DNA of 64,000 nt from Alphaproteobacteria bacterium (lineage in GTDB: Bacteria; Pseudomonadota; Alphaproteobacteria; Geminicoccales; Geminicoccaceae). This document shows positions 20,302-29,446 of this stretch, piece after piece. The position numbers and the translations under genes were made by a program. A model generated the notes under the pieces. That model did not search any database. It saw only the letters and a program-made list of their open reading frames with translations, and was not told where the DNA came from. Every line of letters starts with the position of its first letter. Position 1 is the first letter of the stretch. The stretch covers positions 502-64,501 of the forward strand of contig JAAAPF010000310.1 of assembly GCA_009908425.1 (NCBI GenBank). Reading direction: 5' to 3'.

Positions 20302-21419
20302 GGCACCGGCTCCGCGCGCAGGGCCGCGGCTTCGGCGGTGATGTCGATGCCGACCGGACACCAGGTGATGCAGCGGCCGCAGCCGACGCAGCCGCAGGCG
20401 TCGAACTGGTCCCACCAGGTCGCGAGCTTGTGCAGGAGCCACTGGCGGTAGCGGGCCGGCCCGCCCTCGCGCACGGTGCCGCCGTTGACGTAGCTGAAGC
20501 CGAGGGTGAAACAGCTGTCCCACAACCGGTGCTGCTCGGCGGTGGTGCCGGCGAGGTCGCTGGTATCCTCGACCGTGGTGCAGAAGCAGGTGGGGCACAC
20601 CATCGTGCAGTTGGTGCAGCCGAGGCAGCGCTCGGCGACCTGCTCGAAATACCCGCTCTCGCGCCGCGCCACGAGCGCCTCGCCGAGGCCCGCGGTGTCG
20701 AGGGCGCGGCCCATCACCGCGCCCTCCCCCTGGCGCCGGCGCGCCGTCTCGTCGGCCGCCGTCGCCGGCGCGAGCGCGAGGGGCGCCAGGAGCTCGGCGC
20801 CGAGCGCGCTGCCGGCGCCGACGAGGAAACGGTGGCCGTCGGCGTCGTCGAGCTCGGTCAGCCGCCAGTCGAAGCCGCGCTCCACCTGCGGGCCGGTGCC
20901 CATCGACGCGCAAAAGCAGGTGCCGCCCGGCTCGGCGCACTCCACGGCGACGACGAACAGGCCGTTGCGGCGCGCCTCGTAGACCGGATCGGGAGCGGCG
21001 GCGCGGTCGAAGACGTCGTCGAGGCGTCGGATGGCGGCGAGATCGCAGCCGCGCACGCCGAAGAACGCCATCGGCCGCGGCTCGGCGGGCTCGTCGCCGG
21101 CGAAGTCGAGCGCGCCGTCGGCGTCGCGGGTGCAACGCCAGAGCCGCACCTTCGGGGGGTGGAGCAGGCGCTTCCAGCTGTCCGCACCGTGCACGCAGGC
21201 GAAGACCCGGGCGTCCCCGGTGGCGTCGAGCCGGTAGCGCCCGCCCGCCTGCACGGTCCGTCGGCCGTGCGGCAGATTCGCGGCATCGTCGAGGCGATCG
21301 ACGACGACCGCCTCGTTGCGGATGGTCGGCCCCCACACCGCGTAGCCGGCGTCGTCCAACGCCGCCACCAGGACGTTCAACTCGGTCGCCGGCACCCGAT
21401 AGGCGGCGCCCACGTCCAT
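20298..21419 (-). CDS. Hydrogenase beta subunit (4Fe-4S dicluster protein, AsrA/HydB-like)
   Basis: [16 protein letters not shown] and [16 protein letters not shown] ferredoxin motifs. 373 aa from ATG 21419, with GGGAGG Shine-Dalgarno upstream. Confidence 0.85.
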   Translation of the reverse strand: MDVGAAYRVPATELNVLVAALDDAGYAVWGPTIRNEAVVVDRLDDAANLPHGRRTVQAGGRYRLDATGDARVFACVHGADSWKRLLHPPKVRLWRCTRDADGALDFAGDEPAEPRPMAFFGVRGCDLAAIRRLDDVFDRAAAPDPVYEARRNGLFVVAVECAEPGGTCFCASMGTGPQVERGFDWRLTELDDADGHRFLVGAGSALGAELLAPLALAPATAADETARRRQGEGAVMGRALDTAGLGEALVARRESGYFEQVAERCLGCTNCTMVCPTCFCTTVEDTSDLAGTTAEQHRLWDSCFTLGFSYVNGGTVREGGPARYRQWLLHKLATWWDQFDACGCVGCGRCITWCPVGIDITAEAAALRAEPVP

Positions 21420-21524
21420 CGTGACCTCCCAACCCGAACAAGGAGATGATGCTAACCGCGCGCCGGCCGGGGCGGCGATGATCCAGCGCAAGCGGGCTCG
21501 CGCCGCGCCGGCGCGCGCTCGCGC

Positions 21525-22904
21525 TCACCCCCCCGAGCGGGGCAGTGCCTCGATCTGTTCCTTGACCGCGGCGTAGCTCGGGTTGTCGGGCCCCAGCAGC
21601 CGCAGCACCCGTTCCCAGGAGCGGCGGGCCTCGGCGACCTCGCCCCGCTGCAGCGCGTGCAGGCCGAGATACCAGTGCGGCTGCGGGTTGTCGGGCTGCA
21701 GTTCGGCGACCTCGCGCAGGAGCTCCGACAGCCGCGTCGACACCTCGGGCACGCCCTCGATGCGCTCGGCGGCGGCGAGGCGGGCTTCGGCCTCGCCCAT
21801 CAGGGCGTCGGGGTCGTCGGGGGCGAGCTCGCGGGCGCGACGGTACGCCTCGATCGCCTTGTCGGGTTCGCCGAGCACCAGCTGCGAGCGGCCCAGCCGC
21901 AACCAGCCGTCGAGATCGTCGGGGTTCTCCTCGAGCTTGGCGGCCAGGCCGTCGACCATCGAGCGGATCATCGCCTCGCGCTCGGCCTCGGACATGTCCG
22001 CCGCCATCCCCGAGCCCTGCGGCGCCGTGCCGGGGCGCGCCGCAAGCCTCGCCTCGGCGTCGACGCCGGCACGCTCGGCGACCTCGCGGAACTGCTGCTC
22101 CACCGACGCCCGCCACGGCGCGTCGGCGGGGCCGGTCTCCAACAGCCGTCCCCAGCGCTCCAGCGCCACCCGGTCGTCGCCCGACTGGGCGGCGGCCATG
22201 CCGAGGTAGAACAAAGCCTGCGGCTGGTTCGGCGCCTGCGCGCGCACGGCGTTGAAGAGCTCCTTCGCCGCCGGGGTGACGGTGCCCTCGGACGCCTCCA
22301 CCAGCACCTCGCCGAGGGCGGCCATCAGCGTCGGATCGTCGGGGTTGCGCGCGAGGCCATCGCGGAACGCCGCGGCGGCCTCGCCCGGACCGATCAGCTG
22401 CGCGCGCAGCCGACCCAGCGAGAACCAGAATTCCGCCGACGCCGGCGGATCCTCGCGGGCGCGCTCCTCCAGCTCGGCGAGCTGACGGGCCTGGCGCTCG
22501 CGCTCTTCACGGCGCTCGTCGACGTCGCGCGCGGCGAGCGGCTGGCCGGGCAGGCCCGGACTGCCGTTGGAGACGTAGACGCCCAGGGACGCGGCCGCCA
22601 CGACCACCGCCAGAGCGGCGGCCGCGAGCGGCCGGTCGCGTGCCACCGCTCCGCCGCCGGCCGGGGCGCGGGCCGCCTGGAGCAGACGCCGCTCGATCTC
22701 GGTGCGGGCGGCACGGGCCTGCTCGTCGTCGACGAGGTTGCGCTCGCGGTCGCGGTCGACCTCGGCGAGCTGATCGCGGTAGACCGCGAGAGCGTGCTCG
22801 CGCGGGTCGCGGCCTCGTCGCGGTCGCAGCAACGGCCACGCCACCAACGCCGCCGAGGCGACCGCCAAGAGCGTGCCGACGGCCCAAAACAGCGTCGAAT
22901 TCAC
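21525..22904 (-). CDS. ccmI: Cytochrome c-type biogenesis protein CcmI/CycH (TPR protein)
   Basis: VNSTLFWAVGTLLAVASAALVAWPLLRPRR... is an N-terminal membrane anchor, followed by TPR-like repeats. GTG at 22904 overlaps the ccmH stop (GTGA). Confidence 0.8.
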   Translation of the reverse strand: MNSTLFWAVGTLLAVASAALVAWPLLRPRRGRDPREHALAVYRDQLAEVDRDRERNLVDDEQARAARTEIERRLLQAARAPAGGGAVARDRPLAAAALAVVVAAASLGVYVSNGSPGLPGQPLAARDVDERREERERQARQLAELEERAREDPPASAEFWFSLGRLRAQLIGPGEAAAAFRDGLARNPDDPTLMAALGEVLVEASEGTVTPAAKELFNAVRAQAPNQPQALFYLGMAAAQSGDDRVALERWGRLLETGPADAPWRASVEQQFREVAERAGVDAEARLAARPGTAPQGSGMAADMSEAEREAMIRSMVDGLAAKLEENPDDLDGWLRLGRSQLVLGEPDKAIEAYRRARELAPDDPDALMGEAEARLAAAERIEGVPEVSTRLSELLREVAELQPDNPQPHWYLGLHALQRGEVAEARRSWERVLRLLGPDNPSYAAVKEQIEALPRSGG

Positions 22905-23374
22905 GAACGCTCCTTCAGCAGGCGGTCCAGGTCCGCCCGCTCCTCCTCGCTCAACGGCTCGACGAGGCGCGGCTCGCGGCGCTGACGCCGGAGCCAGACG
23001 GCCGCCCCGACGCCGCCCACCGCCAACAACGCCGCCGGGCCGTACCACAAGAGCCAGGTGCTCGCCCGTACCGGCGGTTCCAACAGCACGAAGTCGCCGT
23101 AGCGGGCGGTGACGTAGCTCAGCACCTCCTCGTTGCTGTCGCCCGCCGCGACCCGCTCGCGGACGAGCTCGCGAAGGTCCTTGGCGAGCGGCGCGTTGCT
23201 GTCGTCGATCGACTGGTTCTGACAGACGACACAGCGCAGATCCTTGCCGAGCTCGCGCGCACGCTGCTCCAGCTTCGGATCGTCGAGCATCTCCTCGGGC
23301 GAGGTCGCCGCCGCCGCCGGGCCGCCCAGGACGACGGCCACGGCCGACACGAGAGCGATGGACCAGCGCTTCAT
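22901..23374 (-). CDS. ccmH: Cytochrome c-type biogenesis protein CcmH/CycL
   Basis: LRCVVCQNQSIDDSNAPLAKDLR is the canonical CcmH motif. ATG at 23374 overlaps the ccmG stop (ATGA). Confidence 0.88.
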   Translation of the reverse strand: MKRWSIALVSAVAVVLGGPAAAATSPEEMLDDPKLEQRARELGKDLRCVVCQNQSIDDSNAPLAKDLRELVRERVAAGDSNEEVLSYVTARYGDFVLLEPPVRASTWLLWYGPAALLAVGGVGAAVWLRRQRREPRLVEPLSEEERADLDRLLKERS

Positions 23375-23904
23375 CCGCGGATTTCCTCGATCAGGGGCAA
23401 CAGGGTGTCGTCGACGTCGCGCGGTGTCAGCGGACCGGCGTGGCGGTAGCGGATCCGGCCGTCGGCATCGACGACGTAGGTCTCGGGCACCCCGGTCAGG
23501 CCGAGCTCGATGCCGGTGCGGCCCTCGGGGTCGACGCCGATGCGGCGGTACGGATTGCCCAGCTCGGCGAGCCAGGCGACGGCGTCCGCGGGGGCGTCCT
23601 TGTAGTTGATGCCGTAGAGCGGAATCCCTCGGGCCTCGGCGAGGCGCGTCAGCACCGGATGCTCGACCCGACAGGGCGCGCACCAGCTGGCGAACACGTT
23701 CACGAGTGCGACCTCGCCGCCGAGATCGGTGTTGGCGAGGCCGGGCTGGTCGACCCCGTCGAGCGCCGCCAGATCGAACTTCGGCAACTTCTTGTCGATC
23801 AGCGCCGAGGGGATCTCGCCGGCGTCGCGGGTGAGCCCGAAGCCGAGCCCGAGCCCGATCACCGCCACCACCAACGCCGGCAGGACGAACAGCAGACGGC
23901 GCAC
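23371..23904 (-). CDS. ccmG: Thiol:disulfide interchange protein DsbE/CcmG
   Basis: VNVFASWCAPCRVEHP (WCxPC) and GVPETYVVD. 177 aa with an N-terminal anchor. Confidence 0.9.
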   Translation of the reverse strand: MRRLLFVLPALVVAVIGLGLGFGLTRDAGEIPSALIDKKLPKFDLAALDGVDQPGLANTDLGGEVALVNVFASWCAPCRVEHPVLTRLAEARGIPLYGINYKDAPADAVAWLAELGNPYRRIGVDPEGRTGIELGLTGVPETYVVDADGRIRYRHAGPLTPRDVDDTLLPLIEEIRG

Positions 23905-23909
23905 GGCGG

Positions 23910-25913
23910 TCAGCTCCCGACCTGCGGCTGGGGGTGAGCCGACGCCGCCGGCTTCGCCTTGGCGCTCGGTTGCGGCGCGCCGACACGATAGCGCCGATCG
24001 CTCAAGGACACCGCGGCACCGCCGGCCATCAACAGCGTGCCGCCCCAGATCCAGAACACCAGCGGGTTGTGGTAGAGCCGCACGGTCCAGCCGCCCCGCT
24101 CCGAGCGCTCGCCGAGGACGACGTAGAGGTCGCGCATGAGCCCGCTGTCGATGCCGGCCTCGGTCGTGGCCTCACGCTCGACGATGAACCGGCGCTTCTC
24201 GCTGTCGAGCACCGAGACCGGCCGGCCGTCGCGGGTGATCTCGAAGTACGCCTTGGTGGCGACGAAGTTGCTGCCGCGCTCCTGGTTCACGCTCGTGAGC
24301 GTCACCCCGTAGCCGGCGAGCTCGCGGGTCTCGCCCGGGTTCATCGAGGTGATGAGCTCGTCCTGCCAGGCCGACGTGCCGACGATGCCGATGACGGTGA
24401 CGCCGAGGCCGATATGGGCGAGCGTGGTGGCGAAGGCCGAGCGCGGGAGCCCCTTGAGCCGCTGGAGGACCGGGCCGACGCCCCGCTTGCCGACGCCCGC
24501 GCGCTGGGCGAGGTCGACCAGCGCGCCCGCGATGACCCAGCCGGCGACGAAGAAGCCCAGCGCCGTGATGATCGTCGTGCGCGGATCGGTCCAGGCGGCG
24601 AGCGCGGCCAGGGCCACGCCGACGGCGGCGGCGACGCTCATGCTCCTCACGACGCGCCTCAGATCACCGCGCTTCCAGGCCAAGAGCGTACCGATCGGCA
24701 CGACCAGGAGCAGCGGGACCATCAGCGGCAGGAAGGTGGCGTTGAAGAAGGGCGGGCCCACCGAGATCTTCTCGCCGGCGAGCGCTTCCAAAAACATCGG
24801 ATAGAGCGTGCCGAGCAGCACCGTCGCGGTGGCGGTCGCCAACAGCAGATTGTTCACGACCAGCGCGCCCTCGCGAGACAGCGGCTGGAACACACCACCC
24901 GGTCGCATCGCCGGTGCCCGCAGGGCGTAGAGCGTCAACGGCCCGACCAGCGCCACCACCAGGATCGCCAGGATGAAGACGCCGCGCGACGGGTCGGTGG
25001 CGAAGGCGTGAACCGAGGTCAACACGCCCGAGCGCACCAGGAACGTGCCCAAGAGGCTGAAGCCGAAGGCGAGGATCGCCAAGAGGATCGTCCAGCTCTT
25101 CAGGCTGTCGCGCTTCTCGACGACGATCAGCGAGTGCAGCAGCGCGGTGCCGACGAGCCACGGCATGAACGACGCGTTCTCGACCGGGTCCCAAAACCAC
25201 CAGCCGCCCCAGCCGAGCTCGTAGTAGGCCCAGTACGAGCCGAGCGAGATGCCGAGGGTCAACGCCGCCCAAGCGACCAGGCACCAGGGCCGCATCCAGC
25301 GCGCCCAACTCGGATCGACCCGGCCCTCGATCAGCGCCGCGACCGCGAAGGCGAAGGTCATCGAGAACCCGACATAGCCGATGTAGAGCAGCGGCGGATG
25401 GAACGCGAGGCCGGGGTCCTGCAGGATCGGGTTCAACCCCGAGCCCTCCAGCGGCGCCGGCGTGAGGCGCTCGAACGGGTTCGAGGTGAAGAGCATGAAG
25501 GCGAGGAAGGCCACTCCGATCATCGCCTGGACGGCGAGAACCCGGGCCCGGAAGGGTGCGGGGATGTTGTCGCCGAAGGCGGCGAGCGCGGCGCCGAACA
25601 GCGCCAGCACCCACACCCACAAGAGCAGCGAGCCCTCGTGATTCCCCCAGGTCCCGCTGATCTTGTAGAGCAGCGGCTTCAGCGCGTGGCTGTTCTGGGC
25701 GACGTTGAGGACCGAGAAGTCGGAGACGACGTAGAGGTGGATCAGCGCGGCGAAGGCCAGGCTGATCAGGACGAACTGCGCCAGCGCCGCCGATTTGCCG
25801 AGGCCCATCAGCGCGGCGTCGCCCCGGGCGGCGCCGACCAGCGGCAGGCTCGCCTGCACCAGCGCGGCGCCGAGGGCGAGAACGAGGGCCAGATGTGCGA
25901 GTTCGGGGATCAC
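23910..25913 (-). CDS. ccmF: Cytochrome c heme lyase subunit CcmF
   Basis: WGGWWFWDPVENASFMPW (WWD domain). 667 aa polytopic membrane protein. GTG overlaps the ccmE stop (GTGA). Confidence 0.93.
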   Translation of the reverse strand: MIPELAHLALVLALGAALVQASLPLVGAARGDAALMGLGKSAALAQFVLISLAFAALIHLYVVSDFSVLNVAQNSHALKPLLYKISGTWGNHEGSLLLWVWVLALFGAALAAFGDNIPAPFRARVLAVQAMIGVAFLAFMLFTSNPFERLTPAPLEGSGLNPILQDPGLAFHPPLLYIGYVGFSMTFAFAVAALIEGRVDPSWARWMRPWCLVAWAALTLGISLGSYWAYYELGWGGWWFWDPVENASFMPWLVGTALLHSLIVVEKRDSLKSWTILLAILAFGFSLLGTFLVRSGVLTSVHAFATDPSRGVFILAILVVALVGPLTLYALRAPAMRPGGVFQPLSREGALVVNNLLLATATATVLLGTLYPMFLEALAGEKISVGPPFFNATFLPLMVPLLLVVPIGTLLAWKRGDLRRVVRSMSVAAAVGVALAALAAWTDPRTTIITALGFFVAGWVIAGALVDLAQRAGVGKRGVGPVLQRLKGLPRSAFATTLAHIGLGVTVIGIVGTSAWQDELITSMNPGETRELAGYGVTLTSVNQERGSNFVATKAYFEITRDGRPVSVLDSEKRRFIVEREATTEAGIDSGLMRDLYVVLGERSERGGWTVRLYHNPLVFWIWGGTLLMAGGAAVSLSDRRYRVGAPQPSAKAKPAASAHPQPQVGS

Positions 25914-26368
25914 GGTTTCGCTGCTCCGCCGCCGGCGTGGTCGAGCTGGCCCGCCCGTTCGAGGGCTTCGGTGACCTCGGGGGGCATGTAGTTCTCGTCG
26001 TGCTTGGCGAGCACCTCGTCGGCCTCGAAGCGGCCGCGCGGGCTCAGCGTGCCGATGGCGACGATGCCCTGGCCCTCGCGGAAGAGATCGGGGAGCACGC
26101 CCTGATAGCGCACGTCGACCGCCGCCGCCTCGTCGGTGAGCTGAAAGGTGACCTCGCCGTCGTCGCCGTAGACCACGCTGTCGTGGACGACCAGCCCGCC
26201 CAGCCGCAGGCGCTTGCCGGGCTCGAGTTCACCCGCCGCGAGCTCGGACGGACCGGCGAAGAAGGCGATGTTCTCGTCGAGCGCGGAGAGGACCAGGGCG
26301 GTGGCGGCGCCCACCAACCCCACCGCGACGGTGATCAGCAACAAACGTTGGTTCTTGCGGCTCCGCAC
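25910..26368 (-). CDS. ccmE: Cytochrome c-type biogenesis heme chaperone CcmE
   Basis: VRSRKNQRLLLITVAVGLVGAATALVL... is the anchor, followed by LRLGGLVV and AKHDENYMPPEV (heme-binding His region). Start assigned to GTG 26368, with GGGAG upstream. The track start at 26440 would overlap the ccmD-like gene. Confidence 0.88.
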   Translation of the reverse strand: MRSRKNQRLLLITVAVGLVGAATALVLSALDENIAFFAGPSELAAGELEPGKRLRLGGLVVHDSVVYGDDGEVTFQLTDEAAAVDVRYQGVLPDLFREGQGIVAIGTLSPRGRFEADEVLAKHDENYMPPEVTEALERAGQLDHAGGGAAKP

Positions 26369-26384
26369 GATCCGGCTCCCGACC

Positions 26385-26537
26385 CTAACCCCGTTCGGCC
26401 CCCTCGACGCGCCGGCGCCAGCGCTCCAACTCGGCGGCACGACGGCGCGCGCTCCACCAGCTGGCGGCCAACAGCACCACGAGCGCCCCGATACTCAATC
26501 CGAAGGCGCTCCAAACGTAGGCGGCGTATCCGCCCAT
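26385..26537 (-). CDS. ccmD: CcmD-like heme exporter small membrane protein (50 aa)
   Basis: Hand-translated and not on the ORF track: MGGYAAYVWSAFGLSIGALVVLLAASWWSARRRAAELERWRRRVEGAERG. It fits the CcmD pattern (G.Y..YVW.A(Y/F)G, one TM, then an Arg-rich tail). It ends 17 nt upstream of ccmE. Confidence 0.6.
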   Translation of the reverse strand: MGGYAAYVWSAFGLSIGALVVLLAASWWSARRRAAELERWRRRVEGAERG

Positions 26538-26668
26538 TGCCCAGAAGTCGGCCACGCCGCGGCCCTGTTCCCCTGTTCTCCACGCGCTTCTTTACCTAAG
26601 GAGTGCGGACCGAAGCGCAATGTGCCGTCGGCACCCACGGGTCTCCAACGAAAGCCGCACCTCCGCCC

Positions 26669-29446
26669 ATGTCCGAGCCGCTCGTCGCGACGTCCACGGC
26701 CCCATCCGCGGCGCCCGCCGAAGCCGCCGACCTCGAAGCCCTGGGCCTGCGCGAGGCGCTCGCCGCCCTGCCCGCGGACGCGCGCCCGCTCGATACCGCC
26801 AAGGCCCGGCTCGCCGCCGCCGAGAGCGCGATCCGCCACCGGTTCGAGGCCGACGGCCGCGCCGCCGAGGTGGTCTTCAAGCGCGGCCACGTCATCGACC
26901 AGCTGGTGCAGGGGCTGCTCGACTGGGCGCAACAGCGCCGTTATCCGATGCACAACCCGACGCCGGCCGAGCGCCTGGCCGTCGTCGCTGTCGGCGGCTA
27001 CGGCCGCGGCGACCTGGCGCCGCACTCCGACATCGATCTCCTGTTCCTGTTGCCCTACAAACCGACGCCGCGCAGCGAGCAGCTGGTGGAGACCGTGCTC
27101 TACACGCTGTGGGATCTGCGGCTCAAAGTCGGCCACGCGGTGCGCTCCGTCGACGACGCCCTGCGCGCCGCCCGCGGCGACACCACGGTGCTGACGACCG
27201 CGCTCGAGACCCGCCTCTTGAGCGGGGACGCCCGGCTCTACGAGGAGTTCAAGCGCCGGCTCGCCGACGAGGTGCTGCCGGGCCGCGGCCTCGGCTACCT
27301 GGAGGAGAAGCTGCGCGAGCGCGCCGAGCGCCACGACAAGGTCGGCGACAGCCGCTACTTGCTGGAGCCCAACGTCAAGGACGGCGAGGGCGGGCTGCGC
27401 GATCTGCACCTGATCATGTGGCTCGCGCGCTTCTTCCACGACGTCCGCACGCTCGACGACCTGCACACCCACGGCATGCTGGATCGAAGCGAGATCCGCA
27501 CCTTCCAGCGCTCGCAGCAGTTCCTGTGGGCGGTGCGCTGCCATTTGCACTACCTCACCGGCCGCGCCGAGGAGCGCCTCACCTTCGATCTGCAGACCGA
27601 GGTGGCGGCCCGGATGGGCTACAAGGCCCGCCACAAGCTGGAGAGCGTCGAGCGCTTCATGAAGCGCTTCCACCTGGTGGCGAAGGACGTCAGCACGCTC
27701 ACCGCCGCGATCGGCGACACCCTCGCCGACGAGAACCGCCGCCGCCCGCTGTTTCGCCTCTCGCAGCTCGGGCTCGGCCGCCAGAAGGTGGACGGCTTCG
27801 TCGTCCACGAGCGGCGCATCGGCCTCGACGACCCCGAGCGCTTCGCCGAGCGCCCGCTCGACATCCTGAAGATGCTCGAGCTCGCCGATGCCCAGGGACT
27901 GGAGATCCGACCGCAGGCGCTCAGGGCCGCCAAGCGCGACGTCCGCGGCATCGAGCCCGCCAAGCGCGAGGATCCCGAGGCCCCGCAGCGCCTGGTCCGG
28001 TTGATCACCGAGGCCAAGGCTCCGGCGAAGGCGCTGGCCAAACTCAACGACATCGGCGCCCTCGGCCGGCTGGTGCCGGAGTACGGCCGCATCGTCGCGC
28101 TGATGCAGCACAACCTCTACCACGTCTACACCGTCGACGATCACACCATCCGGGTGATCGCCGAGCTCGACGCCGTCACCGCCGGCGAGCGCACCCGCGA
28201 GCTCCCTCTCTGCTCCGACGTGATCCGGCACATCGTCTCGCGCCCGGCGCTCTATCTCGGCGCCTTCTTCCACGACATCGGCAAGGGCCGGCGCGGCAAC
28301 CACGCCGCCGTCGGCGAACAGATCGCCCAGCGGGTGATGGAACGCTGGAACCAGCCCTCCGAGCGGATCGAGACCGTGTGCTGGCTGGTCCGCCACCATC
28401 TGTTGATGACGCAGACGGCGTTCTCCCGTGATCTGGAGGATCCCAAGACCATCCAGGACTTCGTGGGCGTGGTGCAGTCGCCCGAGCGCCTGCGCCTCCT
28501 CTTTCTGTTGACGGTCGCCGACATCCGCGCCGTCAGCCCGACGGCCTGGAACGGCTGGAAGGCGCAGCTGCTGCGCGCGCTCTACCGCGCCGCGGAGACC
28601 GCGATGCTCGCGGGCGACATCGCCCAGACCCGCCGCCGCGCCGTCGCCGACGCCCAGCGGGCGCTGCGCGAGGAACTGCGGCGCGACCCGCCCCCCGGCT
28701 GGGACCACGACGCCATCGAGCGCTACATCGGCCGCCACGACCCGCGCTACTGGATCGGCTTTCCCGCCGCCGACCACGCCCGCCACGCCCGGCTCGTCGC
28801 CGCGGTCGAGCGCTCGGGCGAGCTCTCGGGCATCAACCTCGCCGTCGACGAGGCCCACGACCGCACCGAGCTCACGCTCTATGCGCCCGACCATCCGGGG
28901 CTCTTCATGGAGGTGGCGGGCGCGCTCGCGCTCTCCAACGCCAGCATCGTCGACGCCCACATCTTCACCACCACCGACAGCATGGCGCTCGACTGCTTCG
29001 GCATCCAGGACGCGGTCGAAGGCGACGCCGTCGAGGACGAGCGCCGGCTGGCGAAGATCCGCCATACCGTCGCGGAGGCGATCGCCGGCCGCATCCACCT
29101 CGACAAGGCGCTCGCCGGACGCCGCCGGATCCGCGCCCGCACCGGCGTCTTCCGGGTGACGCCGCGGGTGCTCGTCGACAACGGCGCCAGCCGCACCCAC
29201 ACCGTCGTCGAGCTCAACGGCCGCGACCGCACCGGCCTGCTCTTCGACGTCACCCGGGTCTTGAAGGAGCTGGGTCTCGTCATCTCGAGCGCCCACATCA
29301 CCACCTTCGGCGAGCGCGCCGTCGACGTCGTCTATCTCAAGGACGTCTTCGGCATGAAGATCACCTCGCCCGCCAAGGTGGAACGCCTGCGGCGGCGGCT
29401 GCTCGAAGCGCTGGAGACCCCGCTCGACGGGACCGAGGCGCGTTGA
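26669..29446 (+). CDS. glnD: Bifunctional [protein-PII] uridylyltransferase/uridylyl-removing enzyme
   Basis: GGYGRGDLAPHSDIDLLFL (nucleotidyltransferase), HD domain (FFHDIGKG) and two C-terminal ACT-like regions. Start chosen at ATG 26669; an alternative at 26603 is possible. Confidence 0.9.
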   Translation: MSEPLVATSTAPSAAPAEAADLEALGLREALAALPADARPLDTAKARLAAAESAIRHRFEADGRAAEVVFKRGHVIDQLVQGLLDWAQQRRYPMHNPTPAERLAVVAVGGYGRGDLAPHSDIDLLFLLPYKPTPRSEQLVETVLYTLWDLRLKVGHAVRSVDDALRAARGDTTVLTTALETRLLSGDARLYEEFKRRLADEVLPGRGLGYLEEKLRERAERHDKVGDSRYLLEPNVKDGEGGLRDLHLIMWLARFFHDVRTLDDLHTHGMLDRSEIRTFQRSQQFLWAVRCHLHYLTGRAEERLTFDLQTEVAARMGYKARHKLESVERFMKRFHLVAKDVSTLTAAIGDTLADENRRRPLFRLSQLGLGRQKVDGFVVHERRIGLDDPERFAERPLDILKMLELADAQGLEIRPQALRAAKRDVRGIEPAKREDPEAPQRLVRLITEAKAPAKALAKLNDIGALGRLVPEYGRIVALMQHNLYHVYTVDDHTIRVIAELDAVTAGERTRELPLCSDVIRHIVSRPALYLGAFFHDIGKGRRGNHAAVGEQIAQRVMERWNQPSERIETVCWLVRHHLLMTQTAFSRDLEDPKTIQDFVGVVQSPERLRLLFLLTVADIRAVSPTAWNGWKAQLLRALYRAAETAMLAGDIAQTRRRAVADAQRALREELRRDPPPGWDHDAIERYIGRHDPRYWIGFPAADHARHARLVAAVERSGELSGINLAVDEAHDRTELTLYAPDHPGLFMEVAGALALSNASIVDAHIFTTTDSMALDCFGIQDAVEGDAVEDERRLAKIRHTVAEAIAGRIHLDKALAGRRRIRARTGVFRVTPRVLVDNGASRTHTVVELNGRDRTGLLFDVTRVLKELGLVISSAHITTFGERAVDVVYLKDVFGMKITSPAKVERLRRRLLEALETPLDGTEAR

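Noticed and set aside
21480-21524. GC-rich palindromic stretch after ccmI as a terminator or hydrogenase promoter element
   Set aside because: Only a 6-bp stem (gcgccg/cggcgc) with a 3-nt loop and no U-tract is present. This is indistinguishable from background in 70% GC DNA.
20302-22116. Upstream 600 codons of the 758-aa ORF (19840..22116)
   Set aside because: Only the last 153 codons (the cNMP-like domain) look real. The rest is low-complexity Arg/Gly/Pro and overlaps the hydrogenase beta subunit and ccmI, which have clear motifs in other frames.
26495-29296. 933-aa minus-strand ORF
   Set aside because: It is antisense to glnD, with no recognisable domains. It is a typical GC-rich shadow ORF.
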